DNA from: a virus
Direction: 5' to 3' (one strand)
Virus record (IMG/VR): IMGVR_UViG_3300030451_005868
Coordinates: 1 to 64,000 of that record
DNA: 64,000 nt
The number at the start of each line of letters is the position of its first letter. The first letter of the stretch is position 1. The position numbers were made by a program, and so were the translations under genes. This document shows, piece by piece, positions 28,244 through 37,159 of this stretch. The notes under the pieces were generated by a model. The model was not told where the DNA came from. It worked only from the letters and a program-made list of their open reading frames with translations, and searched no databases.

Positions 28244-28605
28244 TGATGTTGTTTCCCAACCAAAACCCGTATTCAGGAAAAATGAATAAAGTTAAGTGTC
28301 TACGTAATTGGATGATAGACACTGCAACAGTTTTGTTTGATGACAATCACAACGATTTAAGGTCACTGCCAAAAACTGTGAGATTACAGATATTAGTAGT
28401 CCTAAGTTTTGTTTGGAGCACAGTATTCACAGTGTATTTCTTTTCCATTTACACCATGCTTTGGGGTTGGGTTGGCTTAGTTATAGGACATTTGGGAGTG
28501 ATATTTGCGATGTATTACACTTTTAAACAGTTTCATAATAAACCGTACAAAAGAGAACCTGATCGGAATGAACCTCCGTTGTATGATGATGTGTGGGGTG
28601 CTTAA
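28243..28605 (+). CDS. small membrane protein (two TM segments)
   Basis: 'LQILVVLSFVWSTVFTVYF' and 'WVGLVIGHLGVIFAMYYTF' hydrophobic segments; start uncertain. Confidence 0.55.
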   Translation: MMLFPNQNPYSGKMNKVKCLRNWMIDTATVLFDDNHNDLRSLPKTVRLQILVVLSFVWSTVFTVYFFSIYTMLWGWVGLVIGHLGVIFAMYYTFKQFHNKPYKREPDRNEPPLYDDVWGA

Positions 28606-28796
28606 TGAACAAGTGGATTGTGTTTATAATGATGGCTGTGGTAATTGCTATGTTTTGGAAGGGCATAGAAATACTAGGGAGAAGTGACACTAATAAATCT
28701 GTATTGTACGAAGGTCCAAAAAAATCAACAGAGCAGAGATGGAACGCCGCTTTTGAATGGATGAAGAAAAGGCAAAATGAGAATAAATCCAAATAA
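28605..28796 (+). CDS. small protein with N-terminal TM anchor
   Basis: TAATG-coupled; 'MNKWIVFIMMAVVIAMFWKG'. Confidence 0.5.
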   Translation: MNKWIVFIMMAVVIAMFWKGIEILGRSDTNKSVLYEGPKKSTEQRWNAAFEWMKKRQNENKSK

Positions 28797-29040
28797 TTTT
28801 TTTCAAAGAGAATTAAATGTATTACCTCCTCACTTTGTGAACACGGTAGTAAGAGCACACGAGGCAGATGTTGAATTGATGCGTAAATGGATATATGAAA
28901 ATTGTTCTGGTAGATATTCTATCACCAAAGATGTCATATTCAAAGACGGCAACAGTAGAAATGTCACAGTGCTTGGATTTGAAGATCCAGGCGATCTTAC
29001 ATTGTTCGCTTTATCAGGCGTGTTGCAGACCAGAGATTAA
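28777..29040 (+). CDS. hypothetical phage protein
   Basis: 87 aa 'WIYENCSGRYSI...LGFEDP..LT.F.L'. Confidence 0.55.
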   Translation: MRINPNNFFQRELNVLPPHFVNTVVRAHEADVELMRKWIYENCSGRYSITKDVIFKDGNSRNVTVLGFEDPGDLTLFALSGVLQTRD

Positions 29041-29047
29041 ATATTTC

Positions 29048-29635
29048 ATGGACACATCAGTATCCAAATTAGAAAAAAAATTAGCACGATTTACAGGAGC
29101 ACCATTTGTTGTCGCCACTGATTGTTGCACACACGCAATTGAATTGTGTTTAAGACTTGACAAAGTCAAAAAATTATCTTCAACTTGTTACACATATCTC
29201 AGTGTGCCCATGACATTTAAAAAGTTGAATATCAAATTTAAGTATACCGCAGAAAAATGGATTGGTGAATATCAACTGCACGGCACTAGGATTTGGGACA
29301 GTGCTAGATTATTACATCCAAGAATGTACCGAGAAGGTCAATTGCAATGTCTTAGTTTTGGACACGGCAAACCAATAGACAACAAAAGAGGAGGTGCAAT
29401 TTTGTGTGGATCAAAGAATGATTACGACCAATTAAAACAAATGAGTTATGATGGACGCGATCTCAAACACAAAAATTGGATTGATCAAAAAGTCTTCAAT
29501 TTAGGATTTCATTACAATATGCCTTTTGAACACGCAGAGCAAATAATAAAACTACTTGCAATCTACAAAAATCAATCAAGTCATTTACCAAAAATAATAA
29601 ATTATCCCGATTGTAGAAAAATCAAGATCAAATAG
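29048..29635 (+). CDS. DegT/DnrJ/EryC1/StrS-like PLP-dependent sugar aminotransferase, short form
   Basis: 'LEK.LA.FTGA..VVATDCCTHAIELCL', 'TYLSVP', 'WDSA', 'CLSFGHGKPI...GGAIL', 'G.HYNM'; about 195 aa; ATG 29048 follows the upstream stop. Confidence 0.75.
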   Translation: MDTSVSKLEKKLARFTGAPFVVATDCCTHAIELCLRLDKVKKLSSTCYTYLSVPMTFKKLNIKFKYTAEKWIGEYQLHGTRIWDSARLLHPRMYREGQLQCLSFGHGKPIDNKRGGAILCGSKNDYDQLKQMSYDGRDLKHKNWIDQKVFNLGFHYNMPFEHAEQIIKLLAIYKNQSSHLPKIINYPDCRKIKIK

Positions 29636-29658
29636 ATTGGTAATTTTCCATATCCAAG

Positions 29659-29688
29659 TTGACCAACATAATTAAATTATAGTATAAT
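29659..29688 (+). promoter_or_regulatory. sigma70-type promoter TTGACC-N18-TATAAT
   Basis: -35 at 29659-29664, -10 at 29683-29688; AAGGAG RBS before ATG 29729. Confidence 0.55.
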
Positions 29689-29728
29689 ATGCGTATATTA
29701 TATTAATTGCAATTAAGGAGAAACTAAA

Positions 29729-30037
29729 ATGGCAACAGATAAAACCGAAGCAACTTCTGATACTCAAGCGGCCGCGCAACCAACTGAGCAACCAGCAAGT
29801 GCTCAAGTTCCACAACAGGACCCTATGGCTTTATCAATTGGAGATCTAAAAAATCTCGCAGTGATAATTGATGTGGCATCCAGTAGAGGTTCTTTCAAGG
29901 CCGCAGAGATGGCCAACGTTGGAACTTTGTACAACAAACTAACGGCATTTTTAGCCAAAGTGGCACCAGCAGATGGAAAACCTGCTGAGGCACCAATGAG
30001 TGCACCAGCAACCGCAGGTCAAACTCAGGAGAAATAA
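29729..30037 (+). CDS. hypothetical phage protein with disordered Ala/Gln/Pro-rich ends
   Basis: Core 'LSIGDLKNL..IIDVASSRGSFKA.EM..VG.LYNKL..FL'; strong RBS. Confidence 0.65.
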   Translation: MATDKTEATSDTQAAAQPTEQPASAQVPQQDPMALSIGDLKNLAVIIDVASSRGSFKAAEMANVGTLYNKLTAFLAKVAPADGKPAEAPMSAPATAGQTQEK

Positions 30038-30038
30038 A

Positions 30039-30581
30039 ATGGCAAATTTAATGAACCTTAACCAAATGGCCATGGGACCAGACGCAGGCAATCAAGAAGG
30101 ACAAGTTGAAAGAAAATACTTCAAACATGTTGGCGAACTTGCAGACGAATCCAAAGCCAAGGTTGTGGTGGTATTCAGAGTGGTTCCCGGCGAATCAAAC
30201 AACTGTCTTGTAGTTGGAACAAAATTCTTACCAGACATGTACCATAACGGATTAATGAAAGCAGTCGAATCAGAAGGTGGACAAGCCGCAGAAGAACTTG
30301 GCACTTTTCTTGCTAGACAAACATTCGCAGACGGTACAAACATGTTGGCTGTGCTGAACAACGACAACTACATCAAGAAGTTCAAAACCAAAGACATTGT
30401 GATGACATATGGTCCAACCGAAGAGGGTAAAATTACTCTCAACAAGTTGAACGAATTGATCGCAAAAGAAAAAGGTGTAAAAGTCAGCGAACTAGCAGTA
30501 GAAGACGACACACCAAAAGCAGAGGCACCAGCAAAAAAACCAGCAAAAAAAACTGATGCCAAAGAAGCCGCCAAAAAATAG
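30039..30581 (+). CDS. hypothetical phage protein with Lys/Ala-rich tail
   Basis: AGGAG RBS before ATG 30039; 'KHVG', 'VFRVVPGE...CLVV'. Confidence 0.65.
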   Translation: MANLMNLNQMAMGPDAGNQEGQVERKYFKHVGELADESKAKVVVVFRVVPGESNNCLVVGTKFLPDMYHNGLMKAVESEGGQAAEELGTFLARQTFADGTNMLAVLNNDNYIKKFKTKDIVMTYGPTEEGKITLNKLNELIAKEKGVKVSELAVEDDTPKAEAPAKKPAKKTDAKEAAKK

Positions 30582-30945
30582 TAACTGGGTACAATTAACA
30601 AAAAATTTTGTTAAGGAATGGCCGGAAGTTTTGGAAGGACTAGAATTCCAAAACATGCCGGTCAAATACCTAGAAAAAGTAGAACTAATACTTAAAAACT
30701 GTGTTACAATTGTGATTGATATACGATCGCAAATGAAATCCACAAAATTTCCTTTAAGTGGACCAACCAGCATGTCAAAAACTTCCGTTGATAGACAGCA
30801 AAAAATTGCTAAATTTTTACAGGACACAATTAAAACAAACTACTACAAGATAAAACATGTAGAGTTAAAATTTGATATTCCAGCACTTAAAAAAGATATG
30901 GAATCAAAAACCAGTGCAATCTTACAAAAAACTTTTCAAAAATAA
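30556..30945 (+). CDS. hypothetical phage protein
   Basis: 129 aa with 'WPEVL' motif; last gene of the + arm. Confidence 0.55.
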   Translation: MPKKPPKNSNWVQLTKNFVKEWPEVLEGLEFQNMPVKYLEKVELILKNCVTIVIDIRSQMKSTKFPLSGPTSMSKTSVDRQQKIAKFLQDTIKTNYYKIKHVELKFDIPALKKDMESKTSAILQKTFQK

Positions 30946-33261
30946 TTATTGATATTTTTGCTTGAACTGTTCGTTGAGCCAATCTAGTTCAAAACTCTTT
31001 TTTAATGCGCTCATATCATGTTTGTGTTGTTGATAATATTCTGTGGCGTCTTTGGCCGCAAGGTATACGTAATCTGCGTATTTGTCTGTACCTAATTGCA
31101 TCCATTTTTTTAATCTATACTTTGACTCCACCGTGGGTGTCATCTGTAATAATTTTAAAACTTCTCTGAAAGTTGTTCTCCAACTCATAATAGCAGTTTG
31201 ATTAAAACGATTTACACAACTTAGAATTGGCACATAATCATGAGGAGCGGACAATGTGAAATCCAAACCAGGCCTTGCTGTTTCCATGACTAATTTTTTG
31301 TTATACAGTAATACTGCTCCATGGCCATATTCTAAACCTGTCACAGGATTACGAGCATTAAAAATATAGTGGCAAGGATTCTTCATTCTATCAGGTTGGA
31401 AGTCAAATTTAAAACTTTCAACAAGATCCTGTTTAGGTGTCACAAAGAAAAAGTAATCTGTTTCACTCATTTGAGCCGCAGTGATGTAGGCCAATGATCT
31501 CATATTGATGCCTTTGCACCATTTTGCTCTTGGATAACTTTTGCGTAATTTTTCAAATTGACTTTGGGCATTTGGCTCATCGTAACTAAGAAACACAATG
31601 TCCATGGGTTTTACCTCATAATCATAGTCAAAATGCACGTGTCTATCAACATCATAAAACTGTGTGAATTTCTGCCTATAAGGAATCAACATGATATCTT
31701 TGGTGGGGCCCCATGAATATATTTTTTCATCTTCCCAATAACTAGGAAAAAAATTAGGCATTTTTTCAATGTTCAAGTCTTTGTTTACCATCCATCTGTA
31801 ATACTTAGGCTCATCATTCTGAAATGAACCAATTGGATCTTGTAGATCAAACACAGTCTTTGGCAACCAATTCTGGAAAAGGTTATCGTGTGCATGATAC
31901 TTGATGTCTTGATAATCACGTAAATAATTCAACTTGGATATTTGTTGTTTCAATGCCCTTGTTGGAATAAGAAATACATTTCCTTCCTTGTTCGTTCCGC
32001 CCAACGGATGCGTATTGTACCATACATGTATTTGATCGCTTTCTAGCACATCTGGAATAAAATTTTTATCTACAGTCTTTAGATCCATAAAGTTTGCAAA
32101 GAACCAAAAATATTCAGTTTTGATATCGTCAATTACGGATTTAAGCACAGTCAAATAACTGTCTACAAAGGGTACTATTCTAGTATTTTCAAAAGGTGAC
32201 GGCCATGTTTTTGTATTTTTAAAACGGACTTGCACACTATCAAAATTTTTATCCTTGATGCATATTTCACCTCCACTTGAGTTTTCCCAAAAACTAGGAT
32301 ACATCTTTGTGTTGTCAATATTACTCTCCGCATCAACTAACTTGATGTGTAATTTTTTACCTTTGTTGAAACGCTTATGTATTTCATAGATGTTACTACT
32401 GGATTTTTCTTGTAGTGTTTCGTTTTTATGGTAGTTAATCTGTTGGTAATCTCTAAGACATTTAAGTTTGGGTAGTTGCTGTTTGAAAGACTTTGTGGGT
32501 ATCAAAAACAGATTACCTTCTTTGTTACTCCCTGGCTTGTACCATGTGTGTATTTGGTCACTTTCAATTGCATCTGGCACATAATATATGTCTGCTGTAC
32601 TCATGTCCACAAAATCTGCAAACATCCAAAAGTATTCTGTCTTTATATCATCTATCACTGTTTTCACAGTATCTAAATAACTGTTTGTAAAGTCAACATC
32701 TCGAGTATTTTTCCAAGGCGATCTACTTGAATCAGTATTGAATCTTACCTGCACAGCATCAAAACTTTGATCATTTATAAAAACTACTCCGCCATAATCT
32801 GCTTCCCAAAAACTGCTGAATTTTCTAGTCATTTTTTTGTCGGTATAATGTATCCTATATTTTTTATTAGCGTTTACACATGGTGTTTCATTGATGTGTT
32901 TTACAGGATGATAATTTACGTGATCGTATTCTCTAAGTGCTTGTAACCTATTGATTTGTTTTTTAAAGGCGTTGGTTGGTATAAGAAACACGTTTCCTTC
33001 TTTACAGGCTACTTGATCTGAATTATTAAACCAAACATGTATTTGATCTTTTTCGTGTTGCTCAGGAATAAAATCAAAGTCTAAAAAAGAGATGTCAACG
33101 AAATCAGCAAACATCCAAAAGTATTCTGTTTTTATATTGTGTATTTCTTGTTTTAAAACATCTAGATAACTTAGATTAAATTGCACCTGCCTAGTGTTGG
33201 CAAATGGAGATTCGTAAGTTGTGTTACCAAAGGTTATCTGGATACTGTCGAATCCATTCAT
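30946..33261 (-). CDS. glycosyltransferase-like protein: three tandem ~165-aa repeats plus C-terminal GT-A-like domain
   Basis: Repeat 'FD..Q..F...SP..NTR.V.F..SYL..K..I..IKTEYFW.FA.F.D....P...E.DQIH.W...KEGN.FLIPT' occurs three times; C-terminal 'DIVFLSYDEPNA', 'SETDYFF', 'NPVTGLEYGHG', 'WRT.FRE..KL'. Confidence 0.65.
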   Translation of the reverse strand: MNGFDSIQITFGNTTYESPFANTRQVQFNLSYLDVLKQEIHNIKTEYFWMFADFVDISFLDFDFIPEQHEKDQIHVWFNNSDQVACKEGNVFLIPTNAFKKQINRLQALREYDHVNYHPVKHINETPCVNANKKYRIHYTDKKMTRKFSSFWEADYGGVVFINDQSFDAVQVRFNTDSSRSPWKNTRDVDFTNSYLDTVKTVIDDIKTEYFWMFADFVDMSTADIYYVPDAIESDQIHTWYKPGSNKEGNLFLIPTKSFKQQLPKLKCLRDYQQINYHKNETLQEKSSSNIYEIHKRFNKGKKLHIKLVDAESNIDNTKMYPSFWENSSGGEICIKDKNFDSVQVRFKNTKTWPSPFENTRIVPFVDSYLTVLKSVIDDIKTEYFWFFANFMDLKTVDKNFIPDVLESDQIHVWYNTHPLGGTNKEGNVFLIPTRALKQQISKLNYLRDYQDIKYHAHDNLFQNWLPKTVFDLQDPIGSFQNDEPKYYRWMVNKDLNIEKMPNFFPSYWEDEKIYSWGPTKDIMLIPYRQKFTQFYDVDRHVHFDYDYEVKPMDIVFLSYDEPNAQSQFEKLRKSYPRAKWCKGINMRSLAYITAAQMSETDYFFFVTPKQDLVESFKFDFQPDRMKNPCHYIFNARNPVTGLEYGHGAVLLYNKKLVMETARPGLDFTLSAPHDYVPILSCVNRFNQTAIMSWRTTFREVLKLLQMTPTVESKYRLKKWMQLGTDKYADYVYLAAKDATEYYQQHKHDMSALKKSFELDWLNEQFKQKYQ
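31720..33255 (-). repeat. three diverged tandem intragenic repeats (~490-520 nt period)
   Basis: Units start near 33252, 32763 and 32244; the shared KEGN-encoding segments lie near 32995, 32515 and 31980. Confidence 0.8.
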
Positions 33262-34186
33262 AATATTTTTCTAATCCTTGTCGTAAGTTATATTCAGGTT
33301 GGTATTTGATTAGATCTTTTGCACGGCTTATATCTAGTGTGCCACGGGCAGGGTACAGACTATGATTACCTATGTCTTCAATATCTGACTTACTGCCTGT
33401 GATATCGATTATAGTTTCAGCAAGTGTTCTTAGACTTGTAGCATTTCCTGTGGTGATATTAAGACTAACATTGGCCACTTTGGATAGTGTGGCTTTTATG
33501 ATGCCTTGTGCCGCGTCTTCTCTATAGGTGAAATCAACTTTGTTGTTTCCGTTGTGTAGTGTAATTGGTTCGTCTTTCACTGCATTTGCAAAAAACTTTG
33601 ACACGACTCTATCAGGCAGATCACCTGGACCATACACTCCGCTGGGTCTCACAATTACATAATTTAAATTATCACGTTTTGAAAACAATTTTACTAGACG
33701 TTCACCTGCCAACTTGGCCTCTCCGTATATATTCATTGGTTTGGTTTTTGATCCTTCACGTGTGCCGTCTTTGAAGTTGCCATACACCATTGATGAACTA
33801 ATGTATACAAATTTTGACACACCAAATTTACTAGAATGCCAAAGCAGATTTGTAGTGGTGTTGATAACTTTGGGTATGCCATTGATTGGATCCTTATCAA
33901 CAATTTTTGCTCTTGGATATGTTGCTAAATGAATCACAGCATCTGGAATATGCGAAAATGCTTTTAAGCAAACTAACCTGTCCAGCACGTCGCCGTCTAT
34001 CACATTGATATTTTTATGATTCCAATTACGCATACGCCAATTCATTAAATTTTTCAATTGTTCGTCGTTCATTAATCCGTATGTGTCTCGGTTATCAACC
34101 ACAATTACTTTGTTATCTTGTGACAATTCTTCCACAATTTTTGAACCAATAAATCCTTTTCCGCCTGTGACTAATATTTTTTTCAT
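33224..34186 (-). CDS. NAD-dependent nucleotide-sugar epimerase/dehydratase
   Basis: 'LVTGGKGFIGS', 'IHLA', 'YISSSMVYG', 'YGEAKLAGE', 'RPSGVYGPG', 'DFTY..D'. Confidence 0.9.
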   Translation of the reverse strand: MKKILVTGGKGFIGSKIVEELSQDNKVIVVDNRDTYGLMNDEQLKNLMNWRMRNWNHKNINVIDGDVLDRLVCLKAFSHIPDAVIHLATYPRAKIVDKDPINGIPKVINTTTNLLWHSSKFGVSKFVYISSSMVYGNFKDGTREGSKTKPMNIYGEAKLAGERLVKLFSKRDNLNYVIVRPSGVYGPGDLPDRVVSKFFANAVKDEPITLHNGNNKVDFTYREDAAQGIIKATLSKVANVSLNITTGNATSLRTLAETIIDITGSKSDIEDIGNHSLYPARGTLDISRAKDLIKYQPEYNLRQGLEKYYEWIRQYPDNLW

Positions 34187-34214
34187 TTATTTGTATAGTT
34201 GCCTGTGATACCAA

Positions 34215-35696
34215 TCAACACACTTTTACTCCATACTTTTTGGAAAATGCTTCAGCATCTTCTCTGTCATTTACAATTGGCTGTCCCTTTATGTTCAAAC
34301 TGGTATTCAATAGTATCGGACAACCAGTCTGTTTCTTCCATTCTGTCAGTAGTGCATGAAAGCCTGGATTATCTGTTTTTCGCACAGTTTGTACCCTAGA
34401 AGTGTTATCATAGTGTATTATGGCAGGAAAGTCTTTACCATGCGTACACGCCGCTGTATATTGCATATAAGGGGTGTTTTTAACACCTGTAGGTAGGTCA
34501 AAATACTCGTTTACATCTTCTTCTAATATGGCTGGAGCAAACGGTCTAAACTTCTGTCTCTTCTTAATTGCATTTACCAAATCCTTAATTTCTTTGCCTC
34601 TTGGATCCGCCAACAGCGATCTATTACCAAGTGCCCGTGGCCCAAACTCTGCTCTACCATTTGCAACTCCCACCATTTTGTTTTCTTTCAATTCTTTAAT
34701 AATAGCGTCTACAGGATATTCGCCATCTATGTTGTGTCCCAAGAATGGATGTTGCCAATCAATCTGTTTACTTTCTGATGCCGCTATACATCCTATACTT
34801 GAACCTGCATCACCTGGATTGGGAATAATCCAAATATTTTCAAACAATCCTAAATTTGCAAGAGTTCTGTTTGCGGCACAGTTCAATGCAACACCGCCTG
34901 CATAAACTAAATTTTTGTTTCCAAATCCTGCATACTTGCTGGCACGTATCCATAAGTCTGTGAGACATTCTTCAGTGACTGCTTGTACACTTGCGGCTAG
35001 ATCCATTACGTCTGCATTGGGTTTCCAATTGCCTATACCTTTGTGTAGATTACGTTTTAATCTAAATGGATTACGTGTCACAAAATCTTTGTATATTTCA
35101 TCTTTGTATATTGGCCGACCATAAGCACTCATACCCATCAAAATATATTCTTCTTCAGCAGGTTTAAGTCCACATCGTTGTGTAAACGCCGAATACAATA
35201 TACCTATGCTGTGAGGATATTGTTGTGATTCCATGTGCTGTATTGCTTTCTGATTATAACCTTTTGAAATAGATATTGTTTCCCATTCTCCAATTGCATC
35301 CACGGTAAGAATTACTGCATCCTTAAATCCAGATGTAAAATATCCTGCGGCGGCATGAGAGGCATGATGTTTTACATATTGGTCAATTCTCAAACCAAAT
35401 TTTTTCATATGATGTTCTGGCATTTCTTTTCTGTCAAAAGCAGTTCTAAATTGTGTGGCATAAAATTGTCTTGTTTTTTTCAGTATAGGTTTTTCGTAAT
35501 AGACAACCTTATCAATAGGAACATAAGATACTGCTTCATTTACAATATCCCAATTTAGATAGTGATCATTTTTTATTTTTGAATATCTTTCACTATGAGC
35601 CGCCCATAATATCTTGCCAGGCGCTTTGTTGTCCTCAAACTCTACCACTGCCATAGCGGCATCGTGGTTCATACAATTTACCCCTAGTATTCTCAT
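34215..35696 (-). CDS. O-carbamoyltransferase (NodU/CmcH/TobZ family)
   Basis: 'HDAA', 'SERYSK.KND', 'HHASHAAAG', 'DAIGEW', 'EEY.LMGMSAYG', 'GGVALNC', 'PGDAGSS', 'EFGPRALGNRS', 'KKRQ.FRPFAP', 'SRVQTV', 'LLNTSLN'. Confidence 0.95.
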   Translation of the reverse strand: MRILGVNCMNHDAAMAVVEFEDNKAPGKILWAAHSERYSKIKNDHYLNWDIVNEAVSYVPIDKVVYYEKPILKKTRQFYATQFRTAFDRKEMPEHHMKKFGLRIDQYVKHHASHAAAGYFTSGFKDAVILTVDAIGEWETISISKGYNQKAIQHMESQQYPHSIGILYSAFTQRCGLKPAEEEYILMGMSAYGRPIYKDEIYKDFVTRNPFRLKRNLHKGIGNWKPNADVMDLAASVQAVTEECLTDLWIRASKYAGFGNKNLVYAGGVALNCAANRTLANLGLFENIWIIPNPGDAGSSIGCIAASESKQIDWQHPFLGHNIDGEYPVDAIIKELKENKMVGVANGRAEFGPRALGNRSLLADPRGKEIKDLVNAIKKRQKFRPFAPAILEEDVNEYFDLPTGVKNTPYMQYTAACTHGKDFPAIIHYDNTSRVQTVRKTDNPGFHALLTEWKKQTGCPILLNTSLNIKGQPIVNDREDAEAFSKKYGVKVC

Positions 35697-36256
35697 TTAA
35701 TCTTGAACCAACCCTTTGCACGTTCCAGGTATTTCTCCCATTCTTCTAATTCAATATCATATTCAAAATTTTGTGAAGTTTCATTTACTTGTAATTCTTT
35801 AGCACCATTTTTAATATGAAAATTACGTGCCATGTCTGTTAATGGACTCAAGGTTACTAATCTGTTTAGATGATTAGACTTTTTAACCATTTTGTACACT
35901 TCATTTACAATAGCACGTCCACCGCCTCTTTTTTTGGCCCATACAGTGTAGGCTATTGCAATCGATCCTTGAACTCCCGCACGATGTACAGCCTTCATGG
36001 CGGCATCCTTACTTAGAACTTCCATTTCTTCAACTGTTTTAGGGACTTCATCAGTGAAAGCAAAACACATTACAGCGGCAATGTCTCCTTCGCTGTCCTT
36101 TAGTCCATAAATTTTTCTACCATATGCTTGTCTAAATTCGAGATTAAGTTCAGGACGTACCGGATCCTCCTCACAATCGATGTATGGTAATTCTATTAAT
36201 TCATACTTGGGTTTTTTCTCAAGTACTTTTGCAATTTTTTGTTTGATCGTATTCAT
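35693..36256 (-). CDS. hypothetical protein, possible GNAT-like fold
   Basis: 'AYTVWAKKRGGGRAIV' resembles acetyl-CoA-binding motif A; 'VTLSP...ARNFHIKNGA' resembles motif B. Confidence 0.45.
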   Translation of the reverse strand: MNTIKQKIAKVLEKKPKYELIELPYIDCEEDPVRPELNLEFRQAYGRKIYGLKDSEGDIAAVMCFAFTDEVPKTVEEMEVLSKDAAMKAVHRAGVQGSIAIAYTVWAKKRGGGRAIVNEVYKMVKKSNHLNRLVTLSPLTDMARNFHIKNGAKELQVNETSQNFEYDIELEEWEKYLERAKGWFKIK

Positions 36257-36257
36257 A

Positions 36258-36362
36258 TTATTTGTATATAAATGGGTCTTTTTTCTTTAATTCTTTAAGT
36301 CTTTTTCTATAGGCCATTTCTTGTTTGATCTTTGTGATCAAGTTTTTAAGCCATGTGATCAT
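36258..36362 (-). CDS. 34-aa peptide ending 'KKDPFIYK' (SxtK-like carbamoyltransferase-associated peptide)
   Basis: MITWLKNLITKIKQEMAYRKRLKELKKKDPFIYK; GGAGG RBS 6 nt upstream, ATGA overlap with the upstream gene; absent from the ORF track. Confidence 0.7.
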   Translation of the reverse strand: MITWLKNLITKIKQEMAYRKRLKELKKKDPFIYK

Positions 36363-37159
36363 GTTTGTCCTCCTATTATTCTTTTAAACTCTGGTAACAT
36401 TAATTTTACAGCATCTTCATGCGATTCGTCAAGTGGATGAGTTGTGCCACGGGCATAGTCATTCATAAGTGCCCACTGGTTGAATCCCATCATTCTTTCA
36501 CCAAAACTATACCAATTGGTTATATCAATCTCATTGAACATATTTTCCATCAGAGGATCTAACGACTTTTTATGATTTAAATTGTCATAAAACACACAGT
36601 TGTCTGCTAGAGTAAAAAAATATGGTATTTTTCTTTTTTCCAAAATATTTTGTAACCAAATAATACTCTTCCAACTTAGATAAGTTTCGTGGTAATCGTT
36701 AGCGGCGTATTTGTATAGACTACTTGCAAAAGGTCTTACTCCAGCATCCTGGAAATTTTTTTGTCTAATTTTATGTAGTTTCATTTGTACTTGATTATTA
36801 TGTAACATTGATTCTGCTTCAGCATCTCCGGCTTCTGTCTCCCACGGGGTAATTGACGCCCATCTATTATTTTCTAAAATTGCGTGTGGTGGCATGGCCC
36901 AGTCATATCTGGAAATAAAAGTCCACATCACTGCAACACATTTGACATCTGTGTTTTTGGTGACAGTTTCAAATACTTTTCTGGCTATCGCTTGGTTTCC
37001 GATACCACCTCTGGCACAGCAAAGATAATTGTCTGCCACTTGGCTTTGTTCGTAAATTTGATAGGCCCATGATTTTTTACTAGGGTACCTACTCTCAAAA
37101 TCATCACTCAATTCGTTTCCAAAAGTGAAACTACAACCGCCTGAAATAAAATTACTCAT
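36359..37159 (-). CDS. SGNH-like protein (GCSFT type)
   Basis: Start ATG 37159 gives 'MSNFISGGCSFTFG'; 'SWA', 'GIGNQAIAR', 'VMWTFISR', C-terminal 'THP...H'. Confidence 0.65.
   Translation of the reverse strand: MSNFISGGCSFTFGNELSDDFESRYPSKKSWAYQIYEQSQVADNYLCCARGGIGNQAIARKVFETVTKNTDVKCVAVMWTFISRYDWAMPPHAILENNRWASITPWETEAGDAEAESMLHNNQVQMKLHKIRQKNFQDAGVRPFASSLYKYAANDYHETYLSWKSIIWLQNILEKRKIPYFFTLADNCVFYDNLNHKKSLDPLMENMFNEIDITNWYSFGERMMGFNQWALMNDYARGTTHPLDESHEDAVKLMLPEFKRIIGGQT

Noticed and set aside
28895-29047. Longer ORF-track starts (28895, 3687, 22840, 30000, 37201, 45566, 53910)
   Set aside because: Each overlaps the upstream gene extensively; downstream ATGs with an RBS, coupling or promoter motif are more plausible.
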